Below, one piece after another: positions 21,851 through 29,523 of a stretch of 41,339 nt of DNA. This DNA is from an uncultured bacterium (lineage in GTDB: Bacteria; Patescibacteriota; Minisyncoccia; Phycocordibacterales; UBA2100). The first letter of the stretch is position 1, and the number at the start of each line of letters is the position of its first letter. The DNA is taken from assembly GCA_903858755.1 (NCBI GenBank), contig CAIOKC010000019.1:1-41339 (forward strand), given 5' to 3'. Both the position numbers and the translations under genes were made by a program. Under the pieces are notes generated by a model that worked only from the letters and a program-made list of their open reading frames with translations, did not search any database and was not told where the DNA came from.

Positions 21851-24538
21851 TTACGGGATCTGCGGCATCGGGAGATTGAGCGAGGGGCAGAAAATCATGT
21901 TGATCTTCCATGCGGTCGTCTTGCCGACCAAGCCCGTCGCTGTGTGATCCGTCGGAAGCCCGAAGGGCACCCACGGCGCAAGCACTTCCTGCCAATACTT
22001 GAGCTGGAATGTCTTCACCGCTTCGGTCGTGAGGGGTCCGAAGACTCCTGATACCGGGAGATTCGCTCCGACCTCGGTGTTGAGGAATCCTTGCAGTGCA
22101 TTGACCTGCGCCGGATCGTTTGAGAGACCTTGCGCCATCGGCACTTCGGTGATGAGAGCGGAGCACTCAGCCGGAGTCGTTTCTCCTCCTCCCGGAGTAG
22201 TCGTTGTCGCGCCGACTGCAGATGCACCCAAGACCTGCCCTCCAGGGAGATTCGAGGTGAAAGCACCGAGCACCGCTCCGACAGTGCCGACAGTGCCCAC
22301 GATCGGACCATTGCCGCTCGCGCCACTCGATGACGTCGTCTTGAATTCATTGATGCTTTTCACGGTGACGGTACGAGTGACTTGCGTCGCGGCATTTCCC
22401 GCGCTGTCGACAGCGTCGTACGTAATCACGTACGTACCAGCCAGCGAGTTTGCGTCTATCGACGCGCCTCCCTGCGTGACAGGGACGCTTCCGTCGACGA
22501 TGTCGGATGCGGTCGCGCCCTCATCGGTATACGGCGCACTCAAGAGGTGGTCGATGGCAGCGCCGCCGTTCCTGGTGATGACAGGCGCGGTCGTATCGAC
22601 GACGACGACTTCGCCCGTGCCGGTGCCGGTATTCGCTGCAACATCGCTTACCGAACACGTGATCGTGGTGGTACCAAGCGCGAATGTCTGACCGGAGGTC
22701 GCATCGCACGATACGGAGCCCGAGAGATCGCCGTCGACGATGTCGGATGCAGACACGGTGAAGCTCGCCGCCGCTCCTCCGGCGCCCGTCGCTTCAAGCG
22801 TCTGCGTCGCTGGAGCAACGCTCACTGTGGGCGGCGTCGTGTCTTGCACCGTCACCGTGAACGAAGCGTATGCGGTATTTGGGATGGCATCGCTCGCGCT
22901 GCAACTCACCGTCGTGACCCCTACCGGGAACGTCTCGCCGGAAGAGTGGTCGCACGACGGTGTGACGGGGGAGCTTACATTGTCGACGGCGGTCGGCTCC
23001 GTGTACGTCACGACCGCGCCGGATGAGCCGGTCGCTTCCGCAGTCTGATTGCCCGGCGTCGTGATGACAGGCGCGTCATCGTCGGAGACGTTGACCGTGC
23101 GAGTGTTCGTGCCGGTATTGCCGTGCGCATCCGTCGCGGTGTACGTGATGGTGTAGCTGCCAGGGACGGCGGTATTCACCGAGCCGCTCGGAGTAGCCGA
23201 GATAGAGCCGTCGACGAGATCAGAGGCAGTCGCACCAGGCTCGGTATATGTATCGCCCGTGCCGAGCGCCATCGGATTCGCGCCTGTCACCGAGACGCTT
23301 GGCGGTGTCGTGTCCTGCACCGTTACCGTCGCGATGCCGGTACCGATATTCCCCGCAGCATCCGTCGCGGTGCATGTGATCGTGGTCGTCGTGTCGAGCG
23401 GAAAGACAGTCACGCCGGAGGTCGCGTCGCACGATGTGCTGAGCGATCCGCTCACCAAATCCGCCGCCGATGATCCGAATGTCGCTGTCGCGCCCGAAGC
23501 TGAGGTCGCCTCCACCGTCTGCGAGCTTGGCGAGACGATCACCGTCGGCGCCGTCGTGTCGACGACCCCGACATCAAACGTGGCAGTCGACGTGTTGGAA
23601 GACAGATCGCTTGTTGTGCAGGTGACGGTCGTCGTACCTACCGGGAAGGTCGAGCCGGATGCGAGGATGCACGAGACAGGGCGCGCCCCGTCGACCGCAT
23701 CGTTTGCGGTCGGGCTTGTGTATGTCACCGTCGCGCCCGCCGGACTCGTCGCCTCAACCCAGAAGTCGCTCGGCACGCCGGAGAAAACGGGACCCGTGGT
23801 ATCAGCTGACTGCTGTTTGAGAGCGATGGTTTGCGCTGCCCATGCATCAGAACTTCCGGTCGTCGCCGCTTTTGTGCCGCTCGCGCCCGCGGCAGCCTGC
23901 GCCACGTCGGCGGCAGATATCGACAGTTCCACCCCGCCGAGCGTATCGCGAGTGATGTCGTAGCGCTCTGTCATCCCTCCGGGAGCAGTGAAATTCTCCG
24001 CAGTCTGCCCGCTACTTGCGCCATCGCTGAAAAATCCGACGACAAGGTCGTTCGCCTGAGTCGTGGTGACCGAAGGACCTGTGGGCGTCGCACTCGTACC
24101 GGTCGCCCCCGCATGGACATCAACCGGGCTCGAAGTATCGACGCCGGTATAACGAATGATGCCACCTAACGCGCGGGAATCCGGAGAGAACGTCCACGTG
24201 TAGCTCGAACCCTCAGAGGCGCCCGCGACTTTGTAATACGTCGCGAGCCCAAAGCTCGTGCCATTGTCAGTGCGCTCAATAAGTGTCCATCCGGACGGAG
24301 CGGTGATTGTCTCACCAGTGCCGCCCTGGTACTGAATCCCCGCGATCAGAAAGTCTCCAGAGGCGGTCGAGGATGGCTTACTAATGACGAGAGTCGGACC
24401 CGCCGATCCCACCGTGGAGGTCGTGGCGACTGAGCCGAAGGCGATCGCCGCAAATGCCGGGCTCGCAGAAAGAGCGAAAGAAGCGACGAGAGCGACGGCG
24501 GCGGCTGCCTGAAACGCGCGAGAATTTATTGTATGCAT
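21851..24538 (-). CDS. large secreted surface protein: unknown N-terminal domain, six HYR/Ig-like repeats, peptidoglycan-binding-like C-terminus
   Basis: Signal peptide MHTINSRAFQAAAAVALVASFALSASPAFA. HYR-like repeats (DTTAPT...VEATSASGATATF...C....G..FP.G.T.V.C.A.D..GN) and DUF5011-like Ig repeats (Y.E.GATASD.VDGS......GSYTITYTATDAHGN). C-terminal LQGFLNTEVGANLPVSGVFGPLTTEAVKTFQ. Confidence 0.85.
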   Translation of the reverse strand: MHTINSRAFQAAAAVALVASFALSASPAFAAIAFGSVATTSTVGSAGPTLVISKPSSTASGDFLIAGIQYQGGTGETITAPSGWTLIERTDNGTSFGLATYYKVAGASEGSSYTWTFSPDSRALGGIIRYTGVDTSSPVDVHAGATGTSATPTGPSVTTTQANDLVVGFFSDGASSGQTAENFTAPGGMTERYDITRDTLGGVELSISAADVAQAAAGASGTKAATTGSSDAWAAQTIALKQQSADTTGPVFSGVPSDFWVEATSPAGATVTYTSPTANDAVDGARPVSCILASGSTFPVGTTTVTCTTSDLSSNTSTATFDVGVVDTTAPTVIVSPSSQTVEATSASGATATFGSSAADLVSGSLSTSCDATSGVTVFPLDTTTTITCTATDAAGNIGTGIATVTVQDTTPPSVSVTGANPMALGTGDTYTEPGATASDLVDGSISATPSGSVNTAVPGSYTITYTATDAHGNTGTNTRTVNVSDDDAPVITTPGNQTAEATGSSGAVVTYTEPTAVDNVSSPVTPSCDHSSGETFPVGVTTVSCSASDAIPNTAYASFTVTVQDTTPPTVSVAPATQTLEATGAGGAAASFTVSASDIVDGDLSGSVSCDATSGQTFALGTTTITCSVSDVAANTGTGTGEVVVVDTTAPVITRNGGAAIDHLLSAPYTDEGATASDIVDGSVPVTQGGASIDANSLAGTYVITYDAVDSAGNAATQVTRTVTVKSINEFKTTSSSGASGNGPIVGTVGTVGAVLGAFTSNLPGGQVLGASAVGATTTTPGGGETTPAECSALITEVPMAQGLSNDPAQVNALQGFLNTEVGANLPVSGVFGPLTTEAVKTFQLKYWQEVLAPWVPFGLPTDHTATGLVGKTTAWKINMIFCPSLNLPMPQIP
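22358..23803 (-). repeat. six tandem ~80-aa Ig-fold repeats (aa 246-727) ordered HYR-HYR-Ig-HYR-HYR-Ig
   Basis: Repeat boundaries are marked by DTT(G/A/P)P or DDDAP. At DNA level gtcgacgatgtcggatgc recurs about 240 bp apart (near 22490 and 22730). Confidence 0.75.
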
Positions 24539-24729
24539 AGGACGATGTGGGAATTGGTAATTGATAATGAGGACTGGCTACATAAAAGCCTGAACCGCCA
24601 CAATACTCCCGATACAGGCAGCTCGAAAGTGTAGCAAGGTACTGCGCCACGCTATTGACCATGTGTCTACTCAATTGTACAGGAAAGCCTCCGCGACCTG
24701 ATTTCCCTTGCGCTGAACGAAATCCGCTC

Positions 24730-24765
24730 ATTAACAAATACGTACGACCGTACGAGTTTGTTAAT
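24730..24765. repeat. structured imperfect palindrome E2 (CGACCG-centred hairpin)
   Basis: ATTAACAAA-TA-CGTACG-AC-CGTACG-AG-TTTGTTAAT: same architecture as E1, with a 9-bp outer stem. Lies in the divergent intergenic region between the HYR gene (start 24538) and the MOSC gene (start 24843). Confidence 0.75.
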
Positions 24766-24787
24766 ATATCGCACAAGTGATCAGCGA

Positions 24788-24817
24788 TTGCCGGGTGGTC
24801 TCACTTCGTGATACAAA
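24788..24817 (+). promoter_or_regulatory. possible sigma70-type promoter for MOSC gene
   Basis: TTGCCG, 18 nt, then TGaTACAAA. Followed by a leader carrying AGGAGG (24831-24836) 6 nt before ATG 24843. Confidence 0.3.
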
Positions 24818-24842
24818 GCCAGAAGAACAAAGGAGGAAGACA

Positions 24843-25328
24843 ATGAAGGAGCCGGGTCAGGTCATCGGCATATTCATCTGCAGCAAGGCGGGCGAACCGA
24901 TGCAGCAAGTTTCAAAAGTGCGGGCGCTCGTGAAGGAAGGGCTCGCTGGCGATCGTTATGCCACTCGAGTCGGCGCATTCTCGAATGTGCGCACCGGCAT
25001 CGTGCGCCACGTCACACTCTTCTCTTTTGAGGAATTCGCCGAGGCCAACGAATTCCTCGTGAGGAGGGGTCACCGACCATTTAAGGCGTCGGAGACGCGT
25101 CGCAACATACTTGTCCGCGGAATTCGCCTCGGCGAGCTTGTGGGAAAGACGTTCTCGGTCGGGTCCGTCACCATGCGCGGCGTCGGGATCGCGGATCCCT
25201 GCGAGCGACCATCTGCGCTCGCCGAGAAAAAAGGATTCCGGGAAGCGTTCGAGGGTCGTGGCGGTATTCGCGCCGAGATCCTCGCAAGCGGCATGATCTA
25301 CACGATGGATCACATCATGATCTATTGA
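24843..25328 (+). CDS. MOSC domain protein (YiiM-like)
   Basis: Strong SD AGGAGG. EGLAGDRY, VTLFSFEEF, RRNILVRGI, conserved Cys in GIADPCERP. Confidence 0.85.
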   Translation: MKEPGQVIGIFICSKAGEPMQQVSKVRALVKEGLAGDRYATRVGAFSNVRTGIVRHVTLFSFEEFAEANEFLVRRGHRPFKASETRRNILVRGIRLGELVGKTFSVGSVTMRGVGIADPCERPSALAEKKGFREAFEGRGGIRAEILASGMIYTMDHIMIY

Positions 25329-25332
25329 GCGA

Positions 25333-25377
25333 GCCGTCGCAGTGCGGGCAAAAAGCCGCGCATCGCGACGGCTTTTT
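25333..25377 (+). terminator. rho-independent terminator after MOSC gene
   Basis: GCCGTCGC ... GCGACGGC outer stem with an inner GCGG/CCGC stem, followed by TTTTTGTTT. Confidence 0.7.
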
Positions 25378-25405
25378 GTTTGCCTGCATGATCCGCAACG
25401 AGAGA

Positions 25406-25433
25406 TTGACTATCCCGATAATCGGCGTATAAA
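25406..25433 (+). promoter_or_regulatory. near-consensus sigma70 promoter
   Basis: TTGACT (25406-25411), 16-nt spacer, TATAAA (25428-25433). About 45 nt upstream of ORF start 25481. Confidence 0.6.
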
Positions 25434-25480
25434 TCCTCGCAGGAATCGCGCCTCCGGCGCGAATGCACGTGGAGTGTCTG

Positions 25481-25807
25481 ATGTCGATCGCAGAATGTGC
25501 GCGTCTTCAGCGCACCAAGGAGGAGGTTCTTTTCCGAGACTTATGGGAAGAATCGAGAAAAGAGCGCCTGCCCGAACGAGACCGCATTTCTCTCCTCAAG
25601 AAAGGTCTCGCCATCTGGGTTTGTAGCGCGTATGCAAAGAAAAGAGGTGCCGCGCGCACCCTCGGACCGCTTTCGAAAGATGAATTCCGGCTCTGCGAAC
25701 TGCTGTACGAGCATATCGGTACGGCAGTGCGCGAAGAATGGAGCATCCAACGGCTCATAAGCACCCTGTGCGTCGTCGCGATCAGCGAAGATGGCGTGCA
25801 GCTTTGA
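25481..25807 (+). CDS. hypothetical small cytoplasmic protein (108 aa)
   Basis: GGAG 6 nt upstream of ATG 25481 (ORF-track start 25463 is also possible). Bracketed by its own promoter and a canonical terminator. No family recognised. Confidence 0.55.
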   Translation: MSIAECARLQRTKEEVLFRDLWEESRKERLPERDRISLLKKGLAIWVCSAYAKKRGAARTLGPLSKDEFRLCELLYEHIGTAVREEWSIQRLISTLCVVAISEDGVQL

Positions 25808-25826
25808 CCGTAAGCCGCGAGAACCT

Positions 25827-25856
25827 GTGGTCGCATCCGCGACCACTTTCTTTTTT
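25827..25856 (+). terminator. rho-independent terminator
   Basis: GTGGTCGC ATCC GCGACCAC followed by TTTCTTTTTT. Confidence 0.8.
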
Positions 25857-25862
25857 ATACGA

Positions 25863-25868
25863 TATACT
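25863..25868 (+). promoter_or_regulatory. -10 box TATACT, leaderless-type, for FAD oxidase gene
   Basis: TATACT TTCAGCA ATG(25876). Confidence 0.5.
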
Positions 25869-25875
25869 TTCAGCA

Positions 25876-27525
25876 ATGAATCTCCGCGATGATCTCGCGC
25901 ACCTCATCAAAGGCGATGCGAGCGACGACGCATCGGTGCGCGGTGCGCACTCGAGAGATACGAGCATCTTCGAGCGCATGCCTTCCGTCGTCGTCTTTCC
26001 GAAAGACGCAGACGACGTGAGCGCCGTCGTACGCTATGCCGCAGAAGCACGGCGACAAGGAACAAGTATCTCCATCGCCGCGCGAAGCGCCGGGACCGAC
26101 ATGACCGGCGGACCGCTTACCAATTCAATATCGCTCGTTTTCACGAAATACATGAAGAGGGTGCTCGATATCGCGGGCGATCGAGCGGTCACGGAGCCGG
26201 GGGTGTACTACCGCGATTTTGAGAGAGAGACGCTCGCAAAGACGGGAAAGATAGTCCCCTCCTACCCCGCTTCCCGCGAGCTCTGCGCGCTCGGCGGCAT
26301 GGTATCCAATAACTCCGGCGGTGAGCTCACTCTCCGATACGGCAAGACCAATCGCTACGTGCGCGAGCTTGAAGTGGTGCTCTCCGATGGCTCGCAGATC
26401 ACGGTGCGACCCCTTTCTCGCGATGAGCTCGCCCTAAAGGAGCGCGAGCAGACGCTCGAAGGCGCTATCTACCGCGAGATTCACGCGCTTATCGATGCGC
26501 ACGCTGAAGAAATAGAAAAAGCCCGACCGGATGTGACGAAAAATTCTGCGGGATACGCGCTCTGGGATGTCGTGAATAAGGAAAACGGCACGTTCGACCT
26601 CACCCAGCTCATCACCGGCTCGCAGGGCACGCTCGCGCTCATCACAAAGATGACGCTCGGGCTGGTGAAGACAAAAGATCACCGCGCGATGCTCGTGATC
26701 TTCCTCTCAGATATCGATATTCTGCCCGAGATCGTAGCGCGCGTCCTCATGCACAAGCCCGAATCGTTTGAATCCTACGACGATCAGACCTTCAAGCTCG
26801 CCGTGCGGTTCATCCCGCAAATTGTATCGCACTTTGGTTTTCTCCAGATGCTGCGGCTCGCCTTCGCATTTATCCCGGAAGCGTGGATGGTCGCGCGCGG
26901 CGGCGTCCCCAAGCTCGTCTTGATGGCGGAATTCGCGGAAGATTCGGCTCACGAGGCGCTCGAAAAAGCCCGCGAAGCGCGCGATGCGCTTGAGGGACTC
27001 GCCGTGCGCACCAAAATCGCAAAAAGCGAAATGGCGGCGAAAAAATACTGGACCATACGGCGCGAGAGCTTCGCGCTTCTCAGGAAGAATCTCAAAGGAC
27101 TCTACGCATCTCCCTTCATCGACGACATCGTCGTCCACCCCAAGGATTATCCGCGCTTTCTGCCAGAGCTAAGCGAGGTACTCTCTCACTACAAACTCAT
27201 CTACACGATCGCTGGTCATATCGGCGATGGCAATTTCCATATCATCCCGCTCATGAATCTCGCGCGCCCGCTCGATCATGAGGAGATCCTCGAGCTCTCA
27301 CCCAAGGTGTACGCGCTTGTCGCGAAATATCGCGGCTCGATCACGGGCGAACACAACGACGGCATCATTCGCACCCCCTTCCTTCCGCTCATGTACAGTG
27401 AAGGGATGATACGGCTCTTCGCTCACGTAAAGGCGATATTTGACCCACTCAATATATTGAACCCCGGCAAGAAAGTAGCGGGTACTATGGAAGACATCGA
27501 CCAATACATGCTCAAACATGATTAG
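25876..27525 (+). CDS. FAD-binding oxidoreductase (GlcD / D-lactate dehydrogenase-like, FAD_binding_4 plus FAD-oxidase C)
   Basis: PSVVVFPKDADDVSAVVRYA, SIAARSAGTDMTGG, CALGGMVSNNSGG, HIGDGNFH, GSITGEHNDG. Confidence 0.9.
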   Translation: MNLRDDLAHLIKGDASDDASVRGAHSRDTSIFERMPSVVVFPKDADDVSAVVRYAAEARRQGTSISIAARSAGTDMTGGPLTNSISLVFTKYMKRVLDIAGDRAVTEPGVYYRDFERETLAKTGKIVPSYPASRELCALGGMVSNNSGGELTLRYGKTNRYVRELEVVLSDGSQITVRPLSRDELALKEREQTLEGAIYREIHALIDAHAEEIEKARPDVTKNSAGYALWDVVNKENGTFDLTQLITGSQGTLALITKMTLGLVKTKDHRAMLVIFLSDIDILPEIVARVLMHKPESFESYDDQTFKLAVRFIPQIVSHFGFLQMLRLAFAFIPEAWMVARGGVPKLVLMAEFAEDSAHEALEKAREARDALEGLAVRTKIAKSEMAAKKYWTIRRESFALLRKNLKGLYASPFIDDIVVHPKDYPRFLPELSEVLSHYKLIYTIAGHIGDGNFHIIPLMNLARPLDHEEILELSPKVYALVAKYRGSITGEHNDGIIRTPFLPLMYSEGMIRLFAHVKAIFDPLNILNPGKKVAGTMEDIDQYMLKHD

Positions 27526-28555
27526 GATTCTCCCCTTCTCTGCACTGAGCGCAATCATGCTCGCCCCTTTCTCGGCGTTTGCGCACGAAGTATACGTCCT
27601 CGACGCAGCTACTGTGCAAAGGGCGCTCAGCGCAGATTCCATCAATCCCTTCACCGCATACGCCGGCAACGAGTACAGTTTCTTCTTCTGGGGATCGGTA
27701 TCTGCCATCGTATTTACCACCGTGCTTAGCGCGGGAGTGTTTCGTCTTTTCGAACGTTGGGTCGATCCGATGCTCTTCTACCTCAAGCGCTTCGCGCACC
27801 TCGTGGTGCGGATCACCGTCGCAGCATCTCTCGCGTCGTTTGGAGCATACGGCGCGCTCTTCGGACCAGAGCTCCCCCTTGCGCACCTGTTCGGCAATCT
27901 TGCGGGAGTAGCACAAATCGCGCTCATGGCATGTGGAATCCTCATCCTTGTCGGGATCTACACGCGCACAATCGCCGCGCTGCTTCTTCTGCTCTACCTA
28001 TATGCATATTCGATGTTCGGTTTTTACATACTCACCTATACCGATCACCTCGGCGCATTCCTGCTCTTACTCATCCTCGGAAGCGGGCACTGGTCGCTCG
28101 GTCAACGATTCAATCTTTCGCGCATGCCGAATGGCGCGCATTTCTTCCTGCGGCAGCTCTCGCCGTACGCGTTTCCGCTGATGCGCATGCTGTTTGGCTT
28201 TGGGATCATGTTTGCGGCGATCTATGCGAAATTCATACATAGCGAGCTCGCGCTCCAGGTCGTCCTTCAGTACAATCTTACGCACTATTTCCCCTTCGAT
28301 CCGATGTTTGTCGTCTTGGGTGCGCTCATCATCGAATTCCTCGCGGGTCTTATGATGTTCCTCGGCATCGAAATACGCTGGACAGGGCTTTTCCTTATTT
28401 TCTGGCTTACGCTTTCTCTTCTGTATTTCCAGGAAGCAGTGTGGCCGCACATCGTGCTCTTCGGTCTTGGATTCGCGCTACTCTGCCACGGATACGATCG
28501 CTACTCTCTCGAGGGGCGCCTCTTCAAGCGGCGCGGCGCGGAGCCGATACTCTAG
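27518..28555 (+). CDS. polytopic membrane protein with cleavable-looking signal (possible tandem DoxX-like)
   Basis: 8-nt overlap with the FAD oxidase gene. N-terminus MIRILPFSALSAIMLAPFSAFA-HE, about 8 helices in two similar halves. The family assignment is weak. Confidence 0.65.
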   Translation: MIRILPFSALSAIMLAPFSAFAHEVYVLDAATVQRALSADSINPFTAYAGNEYSFFFWGSVSAIVFTTVLSAGVFRLFERWVDPMLFYLKRFAHLVVRITVAASLASFGAYGALFGPELPLAHLFGNLAGVAQIALMACGILILVGIYTRTIAALLLLLYLYAYSMFGFYILTYTDHLGAFLLLLILGSGHWSLGQRFNLSRMPNGAHFFLRQLSPYAFPLMRMLFGFGIMFAAIYAKFIHSELALQVVLQYNLTHYFPFDPMFVVLGALIIEFLAGLMMFLGIEIRWTGLFLIFWLTLSLLYFQEAVWPHIVLFGLGFALLCHGYDRYSLEGRLFKRRGAEPIL

Positions 28556-28561
28556 CGCAAG

Positions 28562-29089
28562 CTATTTCTCGCGGACGAAAAGCATCGTGATGATGAGAAA
28601 GGCGAAGAGCGAGACCGACATCATCGGGTACGTGATGTACCCGAATTCGAGAAAAAGTATTTGTGAGCAGCTGACGCCTTCTGCGGGGCACGGGAGCGAA
28701 CCGGCGGGGAGCATCTGAAGCGCATGGTGATAGAGAGCAAAGCCAAGACCAATCACTGAAAACACGATTGAATAGTCGATGATGCTTGTCTCCTTCCGGA
28801 ACATCGCTCCCGCAAAGAGAATCGTCTGCGGATATAGAAAGATGCGCTGCCACCAGCACAAGGGGCACGGCGGCAGTCCGAATATCTGCGAATGAATGAG
28901 CGTCATCGCGCTCGCGCCGAGCGAAGCGGCAAGCGCTACCCAGAGACCACGCGTCCGCACGAATGCCGCGATGTCTTCGAGGTCGGGAAATACGCGGCGA
29001 AGGAAATACACCGCGAGGAGCGCGGCAGCCGCGATCTGGAGACCGAGGGTGCCGAGCGCAAGGGTGTAATTGATCGTCTCGAGCTGCAT
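28562..29089 (-). CDS. disulfide bond formation protein, BdbC-type DsbB
   Basis: LPPCPLCWWQRIFLYP (CxxC loop 1) and SLPCPAEGVSCS (Cys pair loop 2) parallel B. subtilis BdbC. Starts 4 nt after the thioredoxin gene stop. Confidence 0.85.
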   Translation of the reverse strand: MQLETINYTLALGTLGLQIAAAALLAVYFLRRVFPDLEDIAAFVRTRGLWVALAASLGASAMTLIHSQIFGLPPCPLCWWQRIFLYPQTILFAGAMFRKETSIIDYSIVFSVIGLGFALYHHALQMLPAGSLPCPAEGVSCSQILFLEFGYITYPMMSVSLFAFLIITMLFVREK

Positions 29090-29093
29090 GAGA

Positions 29094-29471
29094 TTATTGT
29101 GGCAACGCGCATCCGCTCGCATCCGAGAGCTCCTGCAGTGTCCGCTCGCCGGTGAGCACTTTTCCGTCTGGGAAGATCCACGTCGGGTAGCTGGTCACGC
29201 CTTTGTCTTTGCACACCTGAAGCTGTCCCTTGCCATCGGGAGTGGAGCACTCGACGTACGGGAGCAGCTTTGCGGAGGAGCCAAACATCGATTTGGTCTT
29301 CTGGCAATGCGGGCACCAGAATGCGCCATAAAAGACGACGCCTTTTTGTTCGAGGCACCGGGCAAACGAATCCAGCGCGCCCGGTCGGCTCGACGTGAAT
29401 ACCGAAAGACCGATCCCTGCGACAATAAGCGCGATAAGGACGAGCCAGAAAATCACAACGCCTTTCTTCAT
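29094..29471 (-). CDS. membrane-anchored thioredoxin-fold oxidoreductase (CPHC)
   Basis: N-terminal TM (VVIFWLVLIALIVAGIGL), VVFYGAFWCPHCQKTK, YPTWIF (cis-Pro loop). Confidence 0.85.
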   Translation of the reverse strand: MKKGVVIFWLVLIALIVAGIGLSVFTSSRPGALDSFARCLEQKGVVFYGAFWCPHCQKTKSMFGSSAKLLPYVECSTPDGKGQLQVCKDKGVTSYPTWIFPDGKVLTGERTLQELSDASGCALPQ

Positions 29472-29477
29472 GCCTTG

Positions 29478-29485
29478 ATTCTACA
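29478..29485 (-). promoter_or_regulatory. -10 box TG-TAGAAT, leaderless-type, for trx-dsbB operon
   Basis: Minus strand reads GTGTAGAAT CAAGGC ATG(29471). Confidence 0.55.
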
Positions 29486-29511
29486 CCCTCTCTCCGCGCG
29501 CGACAATCGGG

Positions 29512-29517
29512 TATACT
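29512..29517 (+). promoter_or_regulatory. -10 box TATACT, leaderless-type, for VIT gene
   Basis: GGGTATACT GACTTC ATG(29524). Confidence 0.55.
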
Positions 29518-29523
29518 GACTTC

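Noticed and set aside
20699-24765. E1/E2 as integron attC sites flanking a gene cassette
   Set aside because: The arm ends do not fit the RYYYAAC / GTTRRRY core sites. No intI integrase or attI is in the window, and the enclosed 3.8-kb two-gene unit is atypically large for a cassette.
24539-24842. Possible Moco riboswitch or other cis-RNA in the 304-bp divergent region upstream of the MOSC gene
   Set aside because: I could not recognise the Moco motif consensus by eye. The putative MOSC promoter leaves a leader of only about 20 nt. The only clear structure is hairpin E2, which is reported separately.
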